Positions 37,221 to 47,044 of a DNA stretch of 55,347 bases are shown in pieces (position 1 is the stretch's first letter; each line of letters begins with the position of its first letter). The notes beneath the pieces were generated by a model. That model was given only the letters and a program-made list of their open reading frames with translations. It was not told the DNA's origin and searched no databases. Both the position numbers and the translations under genes were made by a program. Source of the stretch: a virus (Duplodnaviria; Caudoviricetes); the IMG/VR virus record IMGVR_UViG_3300017988_000845, positions 1 through 55,347 of that record; one strand, 5' to 3'.

Positions 37221-40200
37221 GCCACGGCCTCCTGTTCTTCATCACTCATCCCGTAAGTATCCGTCACCGCAAGCAACTTCTCCGGGCCAAGCAACATCGG
37301 TCGAATATCAATTTCCACATTCGCCGAAGCCAGGAAACGCAGCCATTCCGCCCGCCAGGCCATGACACTGACATATCCGTGCGGACTTCCATTTCTATCT
37401 ATGCAGGCCTGGCAAGTCTCCATGTCCCGCCACCCCCCACCACAGTACCGACTGCCATCCGTCAAATCATGCCGCGGGCAAACACTCTCCGCATCGGTCG
37501 GACGATAGATGACAGGAACACCAAGGCGAGCCACAAAAGCGAGCACTGACGGATGCAATTTTCCAATCGCGGTAACGATAACCCGCTCGATGTCAAGGTG
37601 CCGCATCGCAGTTGCCGCAACATCAGGTCGCTCGATCGGGAAAGCCCGAACATTCTCCATCGGAGGTGAGGTAATCACGCCAGCGCCATCGTGGAAGGCC
37701 ATTTCATAGATCGACACTCGATCCCCGCGCTCCTCGTCGATAGATCCAGATGGGCCAATCAACAAAACGGCAGATTTCTTCAATTCCTTTACCCAGGACA
37801 ATGGCTCCGGACTCCAATTCAGCACGTCAAAATTGGTTCCGACCACTAGCGTCCTATCCTGGACCAGCATGATAGACAAATTGTTGTTCCAGTATGGATC
37901 AACGTCTGGATATTTGTCACGAAGAAGTAATCCTTCCGTTATCTGTAGCGTTCGCCCTTCCGAAGTCATTGGGCTCACCCGGGTAACACCTTCGTAATGC
38001 TGCAATTCCGCATGGGTTGCCACAACGTTAACAAGCCCCCGACGCCGCATCTCCCAACCAAATGCGACATCATTGAAGTTATGCGCGAATTCTTCATCCA
38101 GGCCACCGACCAAATCGAATAGTTCTCGGGAAACGAGCATGCACGCGCCAGTCACCACTGTAGCTTCGTGACTTATACAGGCAATGCCGTTATAGCCGAC
38201 ATATTGTGTCGGCATGCCCTTGTGATAATGCCCGGTGACACCGTTCGAACAACACACGCCGACATGCTGAATCAGTCCATTCGGGTAAGTCAGGCGAGCA
38301 CCTACCGTACCAACGCCTGGAATTTTCGCCGCTCCAACCATTTCACTGAGCCAGGATCGCGAAACAACTCGGGTGTCATCATTCAGCAAACACAGAAATT
38401 CACCATCTGTCCTGGCAACTGCCCAATTATTGAGCGTTGACCAATTATAGGGCTCATTCCATTCCACTACGCGCACACGAGCATCCAACAAACCTTCTCG
38501 CAGATATCGCTTCATCTCGGGATTGGTCGTGTTGTTACTGACGATAAGAACTTCGAAGTTCTGATAATCCGTCATCGACAAAAGGGTAGCGAGGCATGGC
38601 CCCAACATATCGAGATTGTCTTTGGTCGGAACAATGATCGATACCTTCGGCTGTGGGGCGTCAGGGGACGCTGCATAAGACACATCCATGAGGATTGGTC
38701 CAACGCCATGACGATCAATCCGCACGGGCCACCCAATGGCTCGCGCCGCTTCTTGGGCAACGACCAACTTTCGATCCGCAAGCGCAACGAATGCCTCCGG
38801 GGCAGTCGGTGGGCGAAGATGAGCCAATACGCGCGGCACGTGGACTAGGGATCCACGGTCGCGCCGCGCCGCGGCATGCGCAGCGCGATAAATATCAACC
38901 TCGCTGACTTCTGATCCATCTGGGATTTCAAGAAATGACCGGCGCACCATAACCACCTGCGACACATAGTCACGGGCAAACAGCATGTGGTGATCGAAAT
39001 CTGGTTTGAAATCATGCGCGGCGCGCCCCATTTTCGGCAGCGCGTAATCATGATCCGCATAAGCGAATACTGAATCAAGGCCTTTCACAGCATCAAGAAA
39101 GACTGCGGCGGCATGATCCTCAAGCTTGGCATCTTTTTGCGTGAACAAGATCCATTCCGAATTTCCCGAAAGAACCTCCCCGTATCGACATACGGCAACG
39201 TCGGCAGAAGAGATAACGGGAATCAGTTCCCGCCCGCGAGGCCCGAGCGTATCGACATAGCGAACCCAGGTCGCATAATCCCCATGCTCCTGCGGGGGGA
39301 TGAACCGGTATCCATCCCGATGAAATTGCAATTCAAGCCGTTCGCGAAACGCTCCAAGGGCAATCTCATCTGTCTGACCCTGCGCCCACCGCATCCCGAT
39401 CCGAGCAGCGTACAATTGCGACATCTCGGCTGTGAACGTATGCGTCTGTTGTACAGCCACGAAAACTTCCGTATTGACCACGTTCTGAAATCCACGCGAA
39501 CCGGCCATCGCGCTCCATTCCAACACGGCGAATTCAGGATATTCCCCGTGTTCGATGGCGGGATAACCAAGCGCACGGAGCGCCGGCGCGCGGATAAGAA
39601 GAACCGGTCCGCTCGCTATGGCGATTTGAATTTCATTGGCATCCGCTGCACACAACTTATCGAGAGACGCCACAACCGTATCATCCACCGTCACGAATTC
39701 TCGCCGTGGAAATCCGGTAATCCCCCCATCGTTGGTCATGACGGAGACACTGGCGACTTCATCCCGTCGGGTACTCTTCCATAAGGTCCTAACCTTCTCG
39801 GCAGTCAGCGTAACCCCAGGGCGCACGACCAGAATGTCGCTATTGCGGGAACCGGAGAACAACGCCAATGCCTCCGGTAAAGAGGGAACGATCCTACCGA
39901 CAGAAGCCAAACTGTCATCCAGCCCGGAGCCCACGATAATCAATTTGCTGGCCGAATTAGGCTTAGCTTTCTGCGCCACGAAGGGCGCTACCCCATCCGG
40001 CAACCATCCACAAAGACGCTCCTCGGCATGGTCTTCCAAGACATAATTCGTCTCGACCCACCGGCGCATACGCTCACCCGCGAATTCTCGGCGAGCTTTG
40101 TCCCATGAGATGAATTCTCGAATCAGCGAAACCCACTCTTCCGGAGAATCGGCGTAACCGACGAGTGGCGGTGTGTTCGTCTTGTAGGGGTCTACCGGCG

Positions 40201-41044
40201 AAGCGATCACCGGATAGCAACAAGCGCCGGCCTCGACGAGACGTAAATTCGATTTGCACCGATTAAAAAGATTCTCCTCCAGGGGCGCAACGACAAGATC
40301 CACTTCAATGCTGGCCAGGGCCTGAAGATATTGTTGCGGACCGGTTGCCCCACAGAATTCAACGGAGGTACCCAGGGGAACATCCGGCTGCATACCAAGA
40401 AATACCCAGGTTACCTCATCTCGCAATTCAGCGAACACGTCATTCAACAAGGCCAAATCGCCGTGATGCCCGATGCCTCCGCCCCAACCAATGCGAAGCT
40501 TGTCATCCTTCCGCAACTGGGGTTCGGCAAGGGTCTTACGACGCATGCCATCGGCCAACTGGACATCCTCGCGGGCCAGCATATTCGGCACCACGCGAAC
40601 CGCCGTACCGGGTTCACAGATCGATAGCATGTGCTGGCGGAGTGGTTCGGTCGTGACCGTCACCGCATCGCACAGGGCCACGGCCTTTTCCGTCCGCGCA
40701 TCAATATCCAACGGCATGAACGGACGATGCCACGACTTTTCCGGTACCGCGGACAAGGCATCGTCAATCTCATAGACAAAGAACGCATGCGGAAGCGCCT
40801 CGCGGTATTGCCGCATGATATCGATCTGACTCTCCTCCGCCTGGCGCTGCCAGACCACCACATCCGGCTCAAGAGCCAAGATCACATGCGGAGGAAGAAA
40901 CATTGGCTCGGCACGACCATGCATAAGACCAAGTTGCTGCATGCATTGCATAGGTCTCATTATCCGGTGCCATCCGCACCCACTTTGATCTCCGGGGTGA
41001 GCAAGGATATATGGAGGACGGGTAAGCATTCGCTTAGCAGCCAA
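37217..41044 (-). CDS. Multidomain glycosyltransferase (GT4-like plus several GT2-like domains)
   Basis: N-terminal GT-B (YEIDD, RIGWGGG..H.GDL, APLEENLFNRCKSNLRLVE); GT2 (VSIIVPTKD, LLNDD, IQHVGV, VTGACML, FNDV); two degenerate GT2-like segments. No signal peptide or transmembrane helix seen. Confidence 0.9.
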   Translation of the reverse strand: MAAKRMLTRPPYILAHPGDQSGCGWHRIMRPMQCMQQLGLMHGRAEPMFLPPHVILALEPDVVVWQRQAEESQIDIMRQYREALPHAFFVYEIDDALSAVPEKSWHRPFMPLDIDARTEKAVALCDAVTVTTEPLRQHMLSICEPGTAVRVVPNMLAREDVQLADGMRRKTLAEPQLRKDDKLRIGWGGGIGHHGDLALLNDVFAELRDEVTWVFLGMQPDVPLGTSVEFCGATGPQQYLQALASIEVDLVVAPLEENLFNRCKSNLRLVEAGACCYPVIASPVDPYKTNTPPLVGYADSPEEWVSLIREFISWDKARREFAGERMRRWVETNYVLEDHAEERLCGWLPDGVAPFVAQKAKPNSASKLIIVGSGLDDSLASVGRIVPSLPEALALFSGSRNSDILVVRPGVTLTAEKVRTLWKSTRRDEVASVSVMTNDGGITGFPRREFVTVDDTVVASLDKLCAADANEIQIAIASGPVLLIRAPALRALGYPAIEHGEYPEFAVLEWSAMAGSRGFQNVVNTEVFVAVQQTHTFTAEMSQLYAARIGMRWAQGQTDEIALGAFRERLELQFHRDGYRFIPPQEHGDYATWVRYVDTLGPRGRELIPVISSADVAVCRYGEVLSGNSEWILFTQKDAKLEDHAAAVFLDAVKGLDSVFAYADHDYALPKMGRAAHDFKPDFDHHMLFARDYVSQVVMVRRSFLEIPDGSEVSEVDIYRAAHAAARRDRGSLVHVPRVLAHLRPPTAPEAFVALADRKLVVAQEAARAIGWPVRIDRHGVGPILMDVSYAASPDAPQPKVSIIVPTKDNLDMLGPCLATLLSMTDYQNFEVLIVSNNTTNPEMKRYLREGLLDARVRVVEWNEPYNWSTLNNWAVARTDGEFLCLLNDDTRVVSRSWLSEMVGAAKIPGVGTVGARLTYPNGLIQHVGVCCSNGVTGHYHKGMPTQYVGYNGIACISHEATVVTGACMLVSRELFDLVGGLDEEFAHNFNDVAFGWEMRRRGLVNVVATHAELQHYEGVTRVSPMTSEGRTLQITEGLLLRDKYPDVDPYWNNNLSIMLVQDRTLVVGTNFDVLNWSPEPLSWVKELKKSAVLLIGPSGSIDEERGDRVSIYEMAFHDGAGVITSPPMENVRAFPIERPDVAATAMRHLDIERVIVTAIGKLHPSVLAFVARLGVPVIYRPTDAESVCPRHDLTDGSRYCGGGWRDMETCQACIDRNGSPHGYVSVMAWRAEWLRFLASANVEIDIRPMLLGPEKLLAVTDTYGMSDEEQEAVA

Positions 41045-41069
41045 GACAATTCTCCTGTGGCAAATTCAA

Positions 41070-42812
41070 TTATTCATGAGATTCAGATGCAGAGTCCCTA
41101 CGAACACCGCTTGTATGCCCATGTTCTTCACTGAGCGCAGGGTCCGTTTTGCTGTTCATCAGATTCCCAGACGCACCATCGCCTGACACGTCGACGCCAA
41201 ACCATTTCTTCAACAATGGCGCCGAGAGCGTTTGGAAGATACCCGACAAATTGGGATCGATCGGCGCCATGGAAGCCACGACGGCTAATTTCTGAAGATC
41301 TTTCTCTTCTTCGGAAGAAACCAGGCCCTTGAGACGCTTGATGTCAAAGATTTCAGACAACCGCCGCAGCCCGGACAACGCGCGGGCTTCGGCCCAGGTC
41401 ATGGCGTTCTTTTTGAACTCGAACCGGCGCGCATCCTCCTTGGGAGACTTGCCGCTGAAAACAAACCGCAGATTCGGCCAGCGAGTCCATAGAAGATATT
41501 CGTTGATCACGTTCTCAATGTGAATGAGCAGCGGTGCCAATCCCGGATCATCATCATCGACCAATTTCGCCGAAGAATCGGGAAGCGGCTCGGTATCCTT
41601 GCCATGCCCGCTGATCCGATACCCCAGCCGCCGCACTGGAAACCGATAAACCGTGGCGAAGGCACCCATGATCATGTTCATGAGTTCCTTGTAGACACCC
41701 TCATTACCCTTCAATTGCGAAAAATCGATCAACTCCAACTTACTCTGCTCGGAAAGTCCAATAACCGGCAATGACCATGCCTTGGTGATACCCTTCTTGA
41801 GGTTGGTCCACATGCGGTTGAGAAGATCGAGTTGCCGTTGTGTTACTTGCCCACCAGAAAGTACGAGTAGCCCATGCGGGACTGAACTTCTGTCGAAACT
41901 ATCAAGATTGAAGTCTACGGCATTCTGAAATCCTTTGATCAATCGCATCGAGATCTCGATCTCAGAATAACCATAACCGAGCGCATCCGGGTCCATTCTG
42001 GGATTTCTTACATATACCGCAAGCTCATCTCGCTTGAACTCGCAGACTACCTTCGCGCCCTCGTCGATCGCCACGGCAAATATTTCTTTTCTACCTTCAT
42101 ATCCACCCGGACCGACCAACCGGATATTGCCGCCAGGCAACAGACTGTACCCCTTGACCTTCCCATCATTCGACATGTCCGTCCACACCGCGATCATGTC
42201 AAAGGTGAGCGTGTCGCGGACCAGGGCGGAAAGAAACTTCTGAAAATCGGACAATCGATTGGCATCTCGTACCCGGGCATCCTTGAGACCCAGATCGATT
42301 GACGAATTCATCAGAAATAATTCGGCCTCGCGCATGTCCTTGAGATCAGTGAGCGATGGATTCTCTTCATTGGCCAACGGCTCGACCCGCCAGCCCGGTT
42401 GCCATGGTTGCGATGACAACTGTGAATAACGAAGTACATCATCGCATCGCATACCAATGATCATCTGCGGCGCGACGTTTTCCCGCACAATCTTGCGCAA
42501 AGCTTCAGGAGCGATGCCGGGCCATTGAAGAACGCCGGAATTATATGCTTCCGGCATATAGGAAATCTTGCCGAAGGAAAAGATGCCCATCGGCGGTCCG
42601 ATAGAGGCCTTCGCCGCCTCGGACATGTCCATGTTTCGCATGGCCCCGGAAAACACCTGCATGTAGGCGTCAACATCGCCCACCTTCGACAGAATCTCCT
42701 CTGGAATCATGGTACTCTTGGCATCGAATCCGACAAGCCCATCAATGCTCGGAAACATCGGATGTGCAGCGCCCTTATTGGGATCGAACTTGTCTTTGGA
42801 TTCCTCAGCCAT
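41070..42812 (-). CDS. Portal protein
   Basis: LVRDTLTFD, VRNPR.D...GYGYSE.E, F..SSVPHGLL, W.LPV, GL.PLL.HIE.VIN are portal motifs; follows the terminase nuclease gene. Confidence 0.9.
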   Translation of the reverse strand: MAEESKDKFDPNKGAAHPMFPSIDGLVGFDAKSTMIPEEILSKVGDVDAYMQVFSGAMRNMDMSEAAKASIGPPMGIFSFGKISYMPEAYNSGVLQWPGIAPEALRKIVRENVAPQMIIGMRCDDVLRYSQLSSQPWQPGWRVEPLANEENPSLTDLKDMREAELFLMNSSIDLGLKDARVRDANRLSDFQKFLSALVRDTLTFDMIAVWTDMSNDGKVKGYSLLPGGNIRLVGPGGYEGRKEIFAVAIDEGAKVVCEFKRDELAVYVRNPRMDPDALGYGYSEIEISMRLIKGFQNAVDFNLDSFDRSSVPHGLLVLSGGQVTQRQLDLLNRMWTNLKKGITKAWSLPVIGLSEQSKLELIDFSQLKGNEGVYKELMNMIMGAFATVYRFPVRRLGYRISGHGKDTEPLPDSSAKLVDDDDPGLAPLLIHIENVINEYLLWTRWPNLRFVFSGKSPKEDARRFEFKKNAMTWAEARALSGLRRLSEIFDIKRLKGLVSSEEEKDLQKLAVVASMAPIDPNLSGIFQTLSAPLLKKWFGVDVSGDGASGNLMNSKTDPALSEEHGHTSGVRRDSASESHE

Positions 42813-42815
42813 ATG

Positions 42816-43916
42816 CTATCCCGGCCCTCGCTCAACGTACAATTCACAGGTATCAAGCGATACCTTGTTCATCCCATGGCGCCTGCACCACGATCCCAGA
42901 TATTCCTGGCAGGTTCCACAGAACCCGTAGAATGGATCAGATACCAAACTAGGCAATTCTCCGAGCATCGTCAAGAATTGTGCGCGCCTATCTCCATGCT
43001 CACCGACATAATCCCCCGGCATCAGCATGTCCGTACTATTCGGAGTGCCGCGTTCCGGCGTCCAATCACTTGGCAGCACTGCACCGCCGGCGCCCAGCTT
43101 GATAGCATAGGTTACCAGATGGACAAGCGCATCGACCTGATCGCTTGACGCATCGTCCTCGCCGGAGAAGTCCTTCAGCTCGGTTTCCAGGGCGCGCAAC
43201 CATGGGCATGGCGAATCTGGCGTCTCAATAGGAAATAATACCCGATGCAACCGGAACCATCCCTGAACAGATCCCGCGCCGCCACCAATTCCATTCACCG
43301 CGCGCTGTCGCTTGCCCTCTTCGGCCTTGACTTCCTGAATAGGCGCCCCGGCCGAACGAAGATTCTGAATCAGCGCGATGCCCGACGATTTATCTTCGAC
43401 GAGCGATACATCCGGCGACCATTTTCGCGTCTCGATCTTGAACGCCGCGGTCAATCCGCCCCAACCCACCTTATCGCGGAACACGTCGAGGATCAGAACA
43501 TCAAAATGATCCTCGCAGGGGCCTTCGACCGCGGGATCCTCTCCACAATGATACTTGTTGCATGGAATCAAGAGCCCGGTGATACAGACCGTATGCGCCG
43601 AAGTCGCCGTGTCTTTCGAGGCGGTATCCCATGCCTGCCCGACGCTATGCCCACGCGCGATAAAGGCTTGAACCGTCGGCACCGCACGACCCAGGCACAA
43701 ATTATCAGGGGGAATGTAGTAGGCGAAGTCGGATTGTGTGAAAATGCTACCAATTCGATTGCCGGGACGGCATTGATAGGTCGATTCGAAAGTCATCGGT
43801 TCACCGCGCTTGACAGCACGGACTTCGCCCCGCTTCTGGTCCGATTCCGGCCAATAGAACGCGAATTTGCCCTTCCCGACCGGATCGATACCGTAATGAA
43901 CTTTAAGCCGTTGCAC
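42816..43916 (-). CDS. terL: Terminase large subunit, C-terminal (nuclease) part
   Basis: YWPE..F.STYQ.RP, QAWDTA.K, VEDKSSG.ALIQ.L, K.QRA, ELKDF....SDQVDAL. GTG start at 43916 is inferred; the ORF-track start overlaps the opposite gene. Confidence 0.85.
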   Translation of the reverse strand: MQRLKVHYGIDPVGKGKFAFYWPESDQKRGEVRAVKRGEPMTFESTYQCRPGNRIGSIFTQSDFAYYIPPDNLCLGRAVPTVQAFIARGHSVGQAWDTASKDTATSAHTVCITGLLIPCNKYHCGEDPAVEGPCEDHFDVLILDVFRDKVGWGGLTAAFKIETRKWSPDVSLVEDKSSGIALIQNLRSAGAPIQEVKAEEGKRQRAVNGIGGGAGSVQGWFRLHRVLFPIETPDSPCPWLRALETELKDFSGEDDASSDQVDALVHLVTYAIKLGAGGAVLPSDWTPERGTPNSTDMLMPGDYVGEHGDRRAQFLTMLGELPSLVSDPFYGFCGTCQEYLGSWCRRHGMNKVSLDTCELYVERGPG

Positions 43917-43983
43917 GAGGCACCAAAGACGTGACGAAATCAACAATCCGTGGCAGGATATCACAGATTTTACGGAGATTCCG

Positions 43984-44637
43984 ATGAAATTTGCACTTGT
44001 GACACTCAACAGCCTCGAATATGCACCACTGGCGGATCTTACATTCACCAATAACAAGTTGAAATACTGCGAAAAACACGGATATTCAACATTTCATCGT
44101 ACCGGTGGTCCTTCCTGTGGAGTAATCGGCTTCGACAAGCTCTATTTTCTTAGAGAATTGCTCGATTCCGATGATTCTGACTGGTTCTTCTGGTGTGGCT
44201 GCGATTCGCTGATCACAAATTTCAATAGAACGCTCAAATCCTTCGTCGAATCCGAAGAAAAGGACTTCATCATCGGCCGAGACGTCAATGGAATCAATGC
44301 AGATGCCTTCTTTCTGCGAAATTCGGTCGAATCTAAACGATATCTTGCTCTTTTGCTTGGCCTGTTCCCCAATTATCGAGGGCATTTCTGGTTCGAGCAA
44401 CAAGCCATCATCGATACTCATGCATTGTATCCGGAAATTGTAAAGGTTATCTCGCAAAAGGCCTTCAACGCGTATGACTATGCGCTTTATCCCCAGCATG
44501 CCGGGGATCCTTTAGCGGTGGAGGGGCAATGGGAACCGGGTGATTTCCTCATTCACTGGCCAGGGACATCGTTGCAGCATCGAATCGAACTGGCCAAAAC
44601 ATACTTGAACAAAATTACAGGCATCCCCGAAGAATGA
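43984..44637 (+). CDS. GT34-like (GMA12/MNN10-type) glycosyltransferase
   Basis: NKLKYC.KHGY, DWFFW.GCDSLITN, D.NGINA..F.LRNS, EQQAI, W.PGDFLIHWPG. Confidence 0.8.
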   Translation: MKFALVTLNSLEYAPLADLTFTNNKLKYCEKHGYSTFHRTGGPSCGVIGFDKLYFLRELLDSDDSDWFFWCGCDSLITNFNRTLKSFVESEEKDFIIGRDVNGINADAFFLRNSVESKRYLALLLGLFPNYRGHFWFEQQAIIDTHALYPEIVKVISQKAFNAYDYALYPQHAGDPLAVEGQWEPGDFLIHWPGTSLQHRIELAKTYLNKITGIPEE

Positions 44638-44652
44638 CACTCGCGCTATCCT
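44618..44652 (+). promoter_or_regulatory. Putative late promoter CAGGCAT-N22-TATCCT
   Basis: Variant motif; shares CAGGCATCCCC with the copy at 8242-8276. Confidence 0.55.
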
Positions 44653-44677
44653 CCCGTAGCAGCAGGAGAATTCTAGA

Positions 44678-45037
44678 ATGCGCGTGCTCGCTTTCGGTAG
44701 TAGAACCTACACCAACCAGACCAATATCAATTCGGCGCTGAACACCATTCACGCGGCAACACCGGCTGAAATTCTTATCACCGGATGCTCCAACCGCACC
44801 GTCGACATCTACGCGCGTACCTGGGCCAAGAGCAAAGGCGTTCCGATTATCGATCTGGATGACTACATCTCAGGAAGTTCCGGCAGCTACGGCCCCCAGC
44901 ACAATGCCGCGCTGTTGCTCAAGGGCTATCCGGGAAGCGTCGTGGTCTTCGGAGATCCGACAAAGGATGGAGAAGTCGCGGACATGATCAAACGATGCCA
45001 GGACCAGAAACTTACGCTTACGCAGCAAGTCAGCTAA
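44678..45037 (+). CDS. DUF2493 / YspA-like SLOG-family protein
   Basis: MRVL.FGSR.Y, LITG, D.YA..WA..KGVP, VVVF, DMI.R; some catalytic-type residues look diverged. Confidence 0.65.
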   Translation: MRVLAFGSRTYTNQTNINSALNTIHAATPAEILITGCSNRTVDIYARTWAKSKGVPIIDLDDYISGSSGSYGPQHNAALLLKGYPGSVVVFGDPTKDGEVADMIKRCQDQKLTLTQQVS

Positions 45038-45866
45038 CGAAGCGCGCCACAGCTTCGATTACATCTTCAGCGCTTATCGCGCGCACACAGGCATCATCCC
45101 CACGACGACAGGCCAAGTTCGTCGTGGGAATTGATGCCTGTTCCAAACATCCCGCGCATTCGATGTTCGCATCCAGAACCACCGTGTTCCAGGCTAGTTC
45201 GTTGTGCCGATAAGGCGCGCGATATTTCCCGCGGACCGATGTATAAATTCCGACGATCGGCACCTCGGTTGCGCCAGCCAAATGCAGAAGCGACGAATCG
45301 CTTCCAATATGGCAAGACGCCCGGGCAATCAAACTGGCGGTATCGCGCAGGGATAACTTGCCGACGGCCGATTGCACGTCGTTGCCATTCTCCCGGACAA
45401 AATCACCGGTCCCACCGACCATGACGACACGCCGATGTAATCTCCCTACGATGCCATCAACGACGGCATTCCAGAAATCGGGAGGCATCGTCCGATTGGT
45501 CCAGGAATGAGCACCGTGAATCGTAACGTACCCGTAACGACCAATCTTGGGATTTGGCGCATCGTGATCGAAGATGATGGATTTGTCACCAGCCTGTTCG
45601 CCAAAAGCCATCTCGAAATAGGCATCGACGATATGCATGCTCGGCCGATTCTCATAAGCCAAATCAAGGTTAGCCCCGCGATCATACGCAATGTTCGGCG
45701 GGTCCGCGCTGAATGTGGATGCAACGTGGGGATTACGCTCAAGCGCGCTGGGCGTACCTGTCTGGACGTGAACTTCCCAACCAGCTTCCGCGAACCGCCG
45801 GATGACCGGCGTCGTGCAAAGGACATCGCCGAGAGCGGCCTGACGACGAATTAGAATTCTATTCAT
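45030..45866 (-). CDS. GT9-family (heptosyltransferase-like) glycosyltransferase
   Basis: R..ALGDVL.TTP, NPHV, GKLSLR.TA.LI, IGSDSSLLHLAGA..VPIV, C..C. Confidence 0.88.
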   Translation of the reverse strand: MNRILIRRQAALGDVLCTTPVIRRFAEAGWEVHVQTGTPSALERNPHVASTFSADPPNIAYDRGANLDLAYENRPSMHIVDAYFEMAFGEQAGDKSIIFDHDAPNPKIGRYGYVTIHGAHSWTNRTMPPDFWNAVVDGIVGRLHRRVVMVGGTGDFVRENGNDVQSAVGKLSLRDTASLIARASCHIGSDSSLLHLAGATEVPIVGIYTSVRGKYRAPYRHNELAWNTVVLDANIECAGCLEQASIPTTNLACRRGDDACVRAISAEDVIEAVARFVS

Positions 45867-46293
45867 GGCAATTCGCTCCACCAGGCATGCCCAAGATCTT
45901 CACCAGCTTCCGCACCTCGATAATGAACACATAGAATATCGCTGGCAGGCTCAAAAATCCTACAAACATCTGGACGATTTTCATAATCCCCGCACCGCCC
46001 ATCAAGTTGAAGCCTAGGACAAATAAACACTGCCCCCCCCGTGATTTATTCTCCTTGAATCTAAATGGAAGATTCAATACATCCATCAGGATGTTTGCCT
46101 TCCTTTCCGAAGATATAAGCATATAGTGCTCAGTATCTCCTCTCGGAATCCTCAAGTCATGACTATGCAGTCCCATTTCTCGGCAACAGGCACCTGGCGC
46201 ATAGCATCTGTCACAAAGACTACTCATCTTCTCTTGGGAACGGGCCTCAAGCACCCCAGCCAGGCTATTCTCGGGAATGGCGGAAAGATTCAT
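45863..46293 (-). pseudogene. YkgJ-like CxxCxxCC Fe-S/Zn protein, frameshifted at a G8 tract
   Basis: The N-half has CDRC...GACC. The C-half CPRLQLDGRCGDYENRPDVCRIF is in the -1 frame after the run at 46033-46040. Confidence 0.75.
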
Positions 46294-46922
46294 ATCCGGC
46301 GCAGCACGAATTCAATGGCGCACTCGGCCTCGGACATCAATGTCTGATCTCCACGCTCCCGGGGATTGTGATAGTCCCTGATCAAGACCAATCGCTCCAA
46401 TTCAATCTCCCGCACGGTATCCGATTCGTTCGCCACCGACGCGAGAAGATCAGTCACCGCGATCAGTTGCGGCTTCCGCGGGCCACCACCGGTCGCCTGC
46501 CCGCAAATAGCGGCGCTGGTCATGCAAAACCGCCAACGGTGCTCGCCGCTGAACCGGCTCGGCCAGCAGCCATGCTCGTAAAGCTGCCAATCCGGAACCG
46601 TAATGATCAGATGTCCGCCCGGGCGTACCGCCCGGACCCAATTATAAAACGCCTGATAAGGCATATCCAAATGTTCGAGACAATGCGAACTGGAAAGCCA
46701 GTCATATGAATCATCGTCGACGCCATCCAGAAACTGGGCATCGCCGTCAGCCTTGTCCCATTCGCGAACGGATGTAATCTTCGGAAACAGGTGCGCGCTC
46801 TTGGACATGCCATCAGCGCCGGCGCCAACGTCAAGACCATCCCCGACGAAATACGTCGAGGCAAAGATGGGATCGCGGGAGCGGCGGCGGCAGGCCTTTG
46901 ACTGTTCGTTCATAACCTTCAC
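46290..46922 (-). CDS. Class I SAM-dependent methyltransferase
   Basis: GLDVGAG, YD...SSHCLEHL, VRPGGHLIITVPD. Confidence 0.88.
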   Translation of the reverse strand: MKVMNEQSKACRRRSRDPIFASTYFVGDGLDVGAGADGMSKSAHLFPKITSVREWDKADGDAQFLDGVDDDSYDWLSSSHCLEHLDMPYQAFYNWVRAVRPGGHLIITVPDWQLYEHGCWPSRFSGEHRWRFCMTSAAICGQATGGGPRKPQLIAVTDLLASVANESDTVREIELERLVLIRDYHNPRERGDQTLMSEAECAIEFVLRRI

Positions 46923-47044
46923 CTTATCAGATCGAGCACTCCGGATAATACGCAGGCTATCAGACCGACGAAGAGAATCAACTCCAATGCGGTAAACCTC
47001 AGAATAAATGATTCCGAAGCATCTTGCTGTTTGGCACGATCCAC
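46919..47044 (-). CDS. Possible 41-aa single-transmembrane peptide
   Basis: GTG directly after the terL-N stop; LILFVGLIACVLSGVL hydrophobic stretch; GTGA overlap with the methyltransferase start. Confidence 0.35.
   Translation of the reverse strand: MDRAKQQDASESFILRFTALELILFVGLIACVLSGVLDLIR

Noticed and set aside
37217-46922. DNA hypermodification as the glycosyltransferase function
   Set aside because: No base hydroxymethylase or similar gene is in the window and the enzymes resemble protein/polysaccharide glycosyltransferases. Disfavoured rather than excluded, because the rest of the genome is unseen.
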